This document shows positions 22,043 through 24,503 of a stretch of 24,503 nucleotides of DNA, piece by piece. The notes under the pieces are model-generated. The model made no database searches, was not told the origin of the DNA, and was given only the letters and a program-made list of their open reading frames with translations. The DNA comes from Azolla caroliniana (Eukaryota > Plantae > Polypodiophyta), in assembly GCA_043228905.1 (NCBI GenBank), contig JBHGNT010000455.1:1-24503 (forward strand), given 5' to 3'. Each line of letters begins with the position of its first letter. Position 1 is the first letter of the stretch. Position numbers and translations under genes: made by a program.

Positions 22043-22859
22043 AATCTGAGCTATGGTAGACTGAAGGAGGTTCGACATCTTTAAGACAATTCATTTACAA
22101 AGAGCATGATATCTTTTCAGCGTGTTGTGGCTTCTTTATGGAATGATAATGATGAGCAAGTCAGCTCCAAGAGAACCAATGCTTGAAACAATATTGCTCT
22201 TCTGCAGAGATGGATGGTGTTGATAAAAAAATTAAGTCTTTGAGAACAAGAAATAATTGAACCTCAGAATGTGATGAAAAAGGCCTGCAGAATGTGGTTC
22301 GGTAAAGGAAATCTTATAGTTAACAATTCTCCGTGTCTTCTTCTTTCAGCAGGGTTCAGTGTGTGTTGCAAGAAGCGGTCTTTGAAGTAAAGGATCTCTA
22401 GTTATTGCGACGTGATGAATATAGATCGGCAGACAGGATGAAATGGTCTAATGTTAATTAAAGCCTTCTTACATGTTTTCTTCTGTGCGGTTTCTTCTGC
22501 AGAGATGAAGCGTGCAAGAAGGAGAAGAAAGATTAGCCAGAAAACTCTACCCGCAGAATACGATGAAGATGAAGATGAAGGAGACCTGCAGAGAGGATGG
22601 TATGATCGAAGAGAACCTTCTAACGAGAGCTTCTCTGTGTGTGGTTCGTTCCGCAGGGTTGAACGATGCAAGAAAGAAAAAGAAGAGAGAGATTAGGCAG
22701 GGAACTCTACCTGCAGAAGAATGTGAAGGAGATGAAGGTGAAGGAGGTTTGCAGAAAGGGATGAAATGGTCGAAGAAGAGGAGGAAGAAACAGAAGAAGG
22801 AGATGGATTGAGCAGAGGGGGATGCCTGCAGAGTCTGAAGAAGGAAGCTACGGAGGTAG

Positions 22860-22936
22860 ACCTAAGAGACAGAGACAGAGACAGAGAGCGAAGAAGAAGG
22901 GATATGGAAGAAGAAGAAGAAGAAGAAGAAGAAGAA
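22860..22936. repeat. Purine-rich simple repeats (GAGACA)n and (GAA)n; CT-rich on the gene strand
   Basis: Directly visible; CT/CTT tracts are typical of plant 5' leaders. Confidence 0.85.
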
Positions 22937-23009
22937 ACCATTATTCCTGCAGAGAAACCAAAACACGAAAGAAAAACGGTGGAGAAGGAAGGAGACGACG
23001 ACGCGTTTT

Positions 23010-23335
23010 CTGTATTTCCCGAAATGCCCCTGGCCCTATTTTTCTTTTATCATCTATTTCCTGAAATGCCCCCCTGCCCCCCCCCCCCCCCCCCCGCTCA
23101 AGTCTTCGTTGCTTTGGGTCAAGTTTTTCCGTTTATTTTCCCGAAATGCCCTTCACCAATTTCTTGTTCTCTATCTCCCGAAATGCCCCCCCTGCTCATG
23201 TCTGCGTTGCTTTGGTCAAGTTTTTCCGTTTATTTCCCTGAAATGCCCTTGACCAATTTCTTGCTCCCTATTTCTCGAAATGCCCCTTGGTCAATTCTTC
23301 GTTGTTTTGGTCAAGATTTTCTGTTTTATTTCCTC
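23010..23335. repeat. Degenerate tandem repeat of about 95-98 bp carrying GAAATGCCC and GGTCAAG motifs
   Basis: CGTTG(C/T)TTTGG(G)TCAAG starts at 23107, 23205 and 23300; GAAATGCCC at 23021, 23063, 23143, 23180, 23240 and 23277. Confidence 0.8.
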
Positions 23336-23478
23336 TCGGTCCCACGATTGCAGACTTGAGCTCGGTCAGGTTTTTACCCCCTAGTCATTCCTGTGGTCAA
23401 GTTCCTGTCGAATTGTGCCCCTCGGTCATTTGGCTTTGGTCAAGTTTTTTGAGCATTCCACCAAATTCCTCTCTCTCG

Positions 23479-23735
23479 TAGGACTCGACAACCGCTCAGC
23501 TCAAGCATGAACCAAGTTGCCAAACCGTTTGGTTTGCAGTTTGGTTCGGTTCAGGCTTGAGCCTCCTTAAATAGTTGAGGCTCTCAGCTCGGCAAGGCTC
23601 AAGTCGAACCGAACCGTTTAGGGCCAAACCGGGTAAGCTTTAACCGGTTCGGTTTAAGTTTAACAATTGTCAAACGAGTTTGGTTTGGACAAGGCCAGAC
23701 TCGTTTAGCTTAAATTGAACCGTTGTCAATTCTTA
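23479..23735. mobile_element. Probable non-autonomous hAT-type MITE (257 bp), old
   Basis: Imperfect 14-bp TIRs TAGGACTCGACAAC / GTTGTCAATTCTTA (11/14); interior rich in AACCG/CGGTT with an inverted repeat of about 20 bp; flanking 8-mers CTCTCTCG / CTGACTCA match only 5/8. Confidence 0.6.
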
Positions 23736-24503
23736 CTGACTCATCACATCTTCGTTGTTTCCTCAAACTTTGCCTTCGATCAAGTTCTCGTAGTTCCGTC
23801 AAGTTCCCAGTGCCCACTACCTTGGTCAAACACCTCTTCTCATTACGTCATGTTTGCCTTTCGTCATTGAGTTTCCCGTTGCCGCATTAGATTCTGGCCG
23901 GCTCGTAGTCTTTGACACTCCTTTGTGTTTGCCTTGCCATGGCATTTTCCCGTCATTGCGTTGAAATTCTGCTCAATTCAAGCCTTTGGCGTTCCCTCCA
24001 CTTTGGTCCCTAGTCATCTAGTTTCCACCGTTGCATTGGATTCGGCTTAGGCCACAAGCCTTTTGTCATTCCCTCAGATGATGCCCTTAGTCATCAAGTT
24101 TCCATCATCCCATCAAGATCCACTCAAGGTCACGTCTTTGTCATTTTCTTCAAATGCCCCCTTAGCAAATTCTCGTATAATCAAAAAGTCAAAATATATG
24201 GTTTTTTTTTTTTTTTTTAAATCGTCTTTAATCTTGAAATGCTCTTGAGTTGTTTATTCCCTTATTTTTCGTCTCATATCCTCGATGATTTGTCAAAATA
24301 GTATAGCCTTTCGTTTCCCTACCGATTATATTGATCATCATTTTTTCCATTAAAATCTTCTCACTCAAAATGTATTCCTAATTGACACTATTATTACTCC
24401 CTAATATACAAGCAAATTATGTTTGTTTCTCTTTTTGCATTTTTTTCCTCTAAACCTATACCCTATTGGTAAATCACACAAGGTCATGGGTTCAAATCCT
24501 TGT

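Noticed and set aside
22402-23359. Acidic, Arg-rich and Pro-rich ORFs (up to 197 aa)
   Set aside because: Translations of GAA/GAGACA simple repeats and the GAAATGCCC repeat (the recurring PEMP); open in several frames, with no domain.

Overview
This is plant (angiosperm-like) genomic DNA. Bases 1-10307 are a nest of two closely related Ty1/copia LTR retrotransposons of the Tto1/Tnt1 (Tork-like) type. The older outer element has its PBS at 5-16, a decayed gag-pol and a 3' LTR at about 9748-10307; its 5' LTR lies just outside the window. It is interrupted, just after its protease core, by a structurally complete inner element (1128-6826) with 819/815-bp LTRs, PBS, PPT and a perfect GAAGG target-site duplication. 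Both gag-pol genes are broken by stops and frameshifts. Bases 10308-17250 are AT-rich intergenic DNA with microsatellites and small local duplications. One intact three-exon host gene lies on the minus strand (CDS 21427-20709, 20633-20067, 17496-17259; 507 aa). It encodes an IRX14-like GT43 xylan-synthesis glycosyltransferase with a D-to-A change in the DDSN motif and a divergent C-terminal motif. Upstream of it are an array of ten same-orientation CTGCAGA motifs, a GAAATGCCC/GGTCAAG repeat block and a probable hAT-type MITE. I found no clearly new biological system. The most notable items are the divergent IRX14 paralog, the motif array upstream of it, and the 54-bp CCGG-rich LTR expansion.
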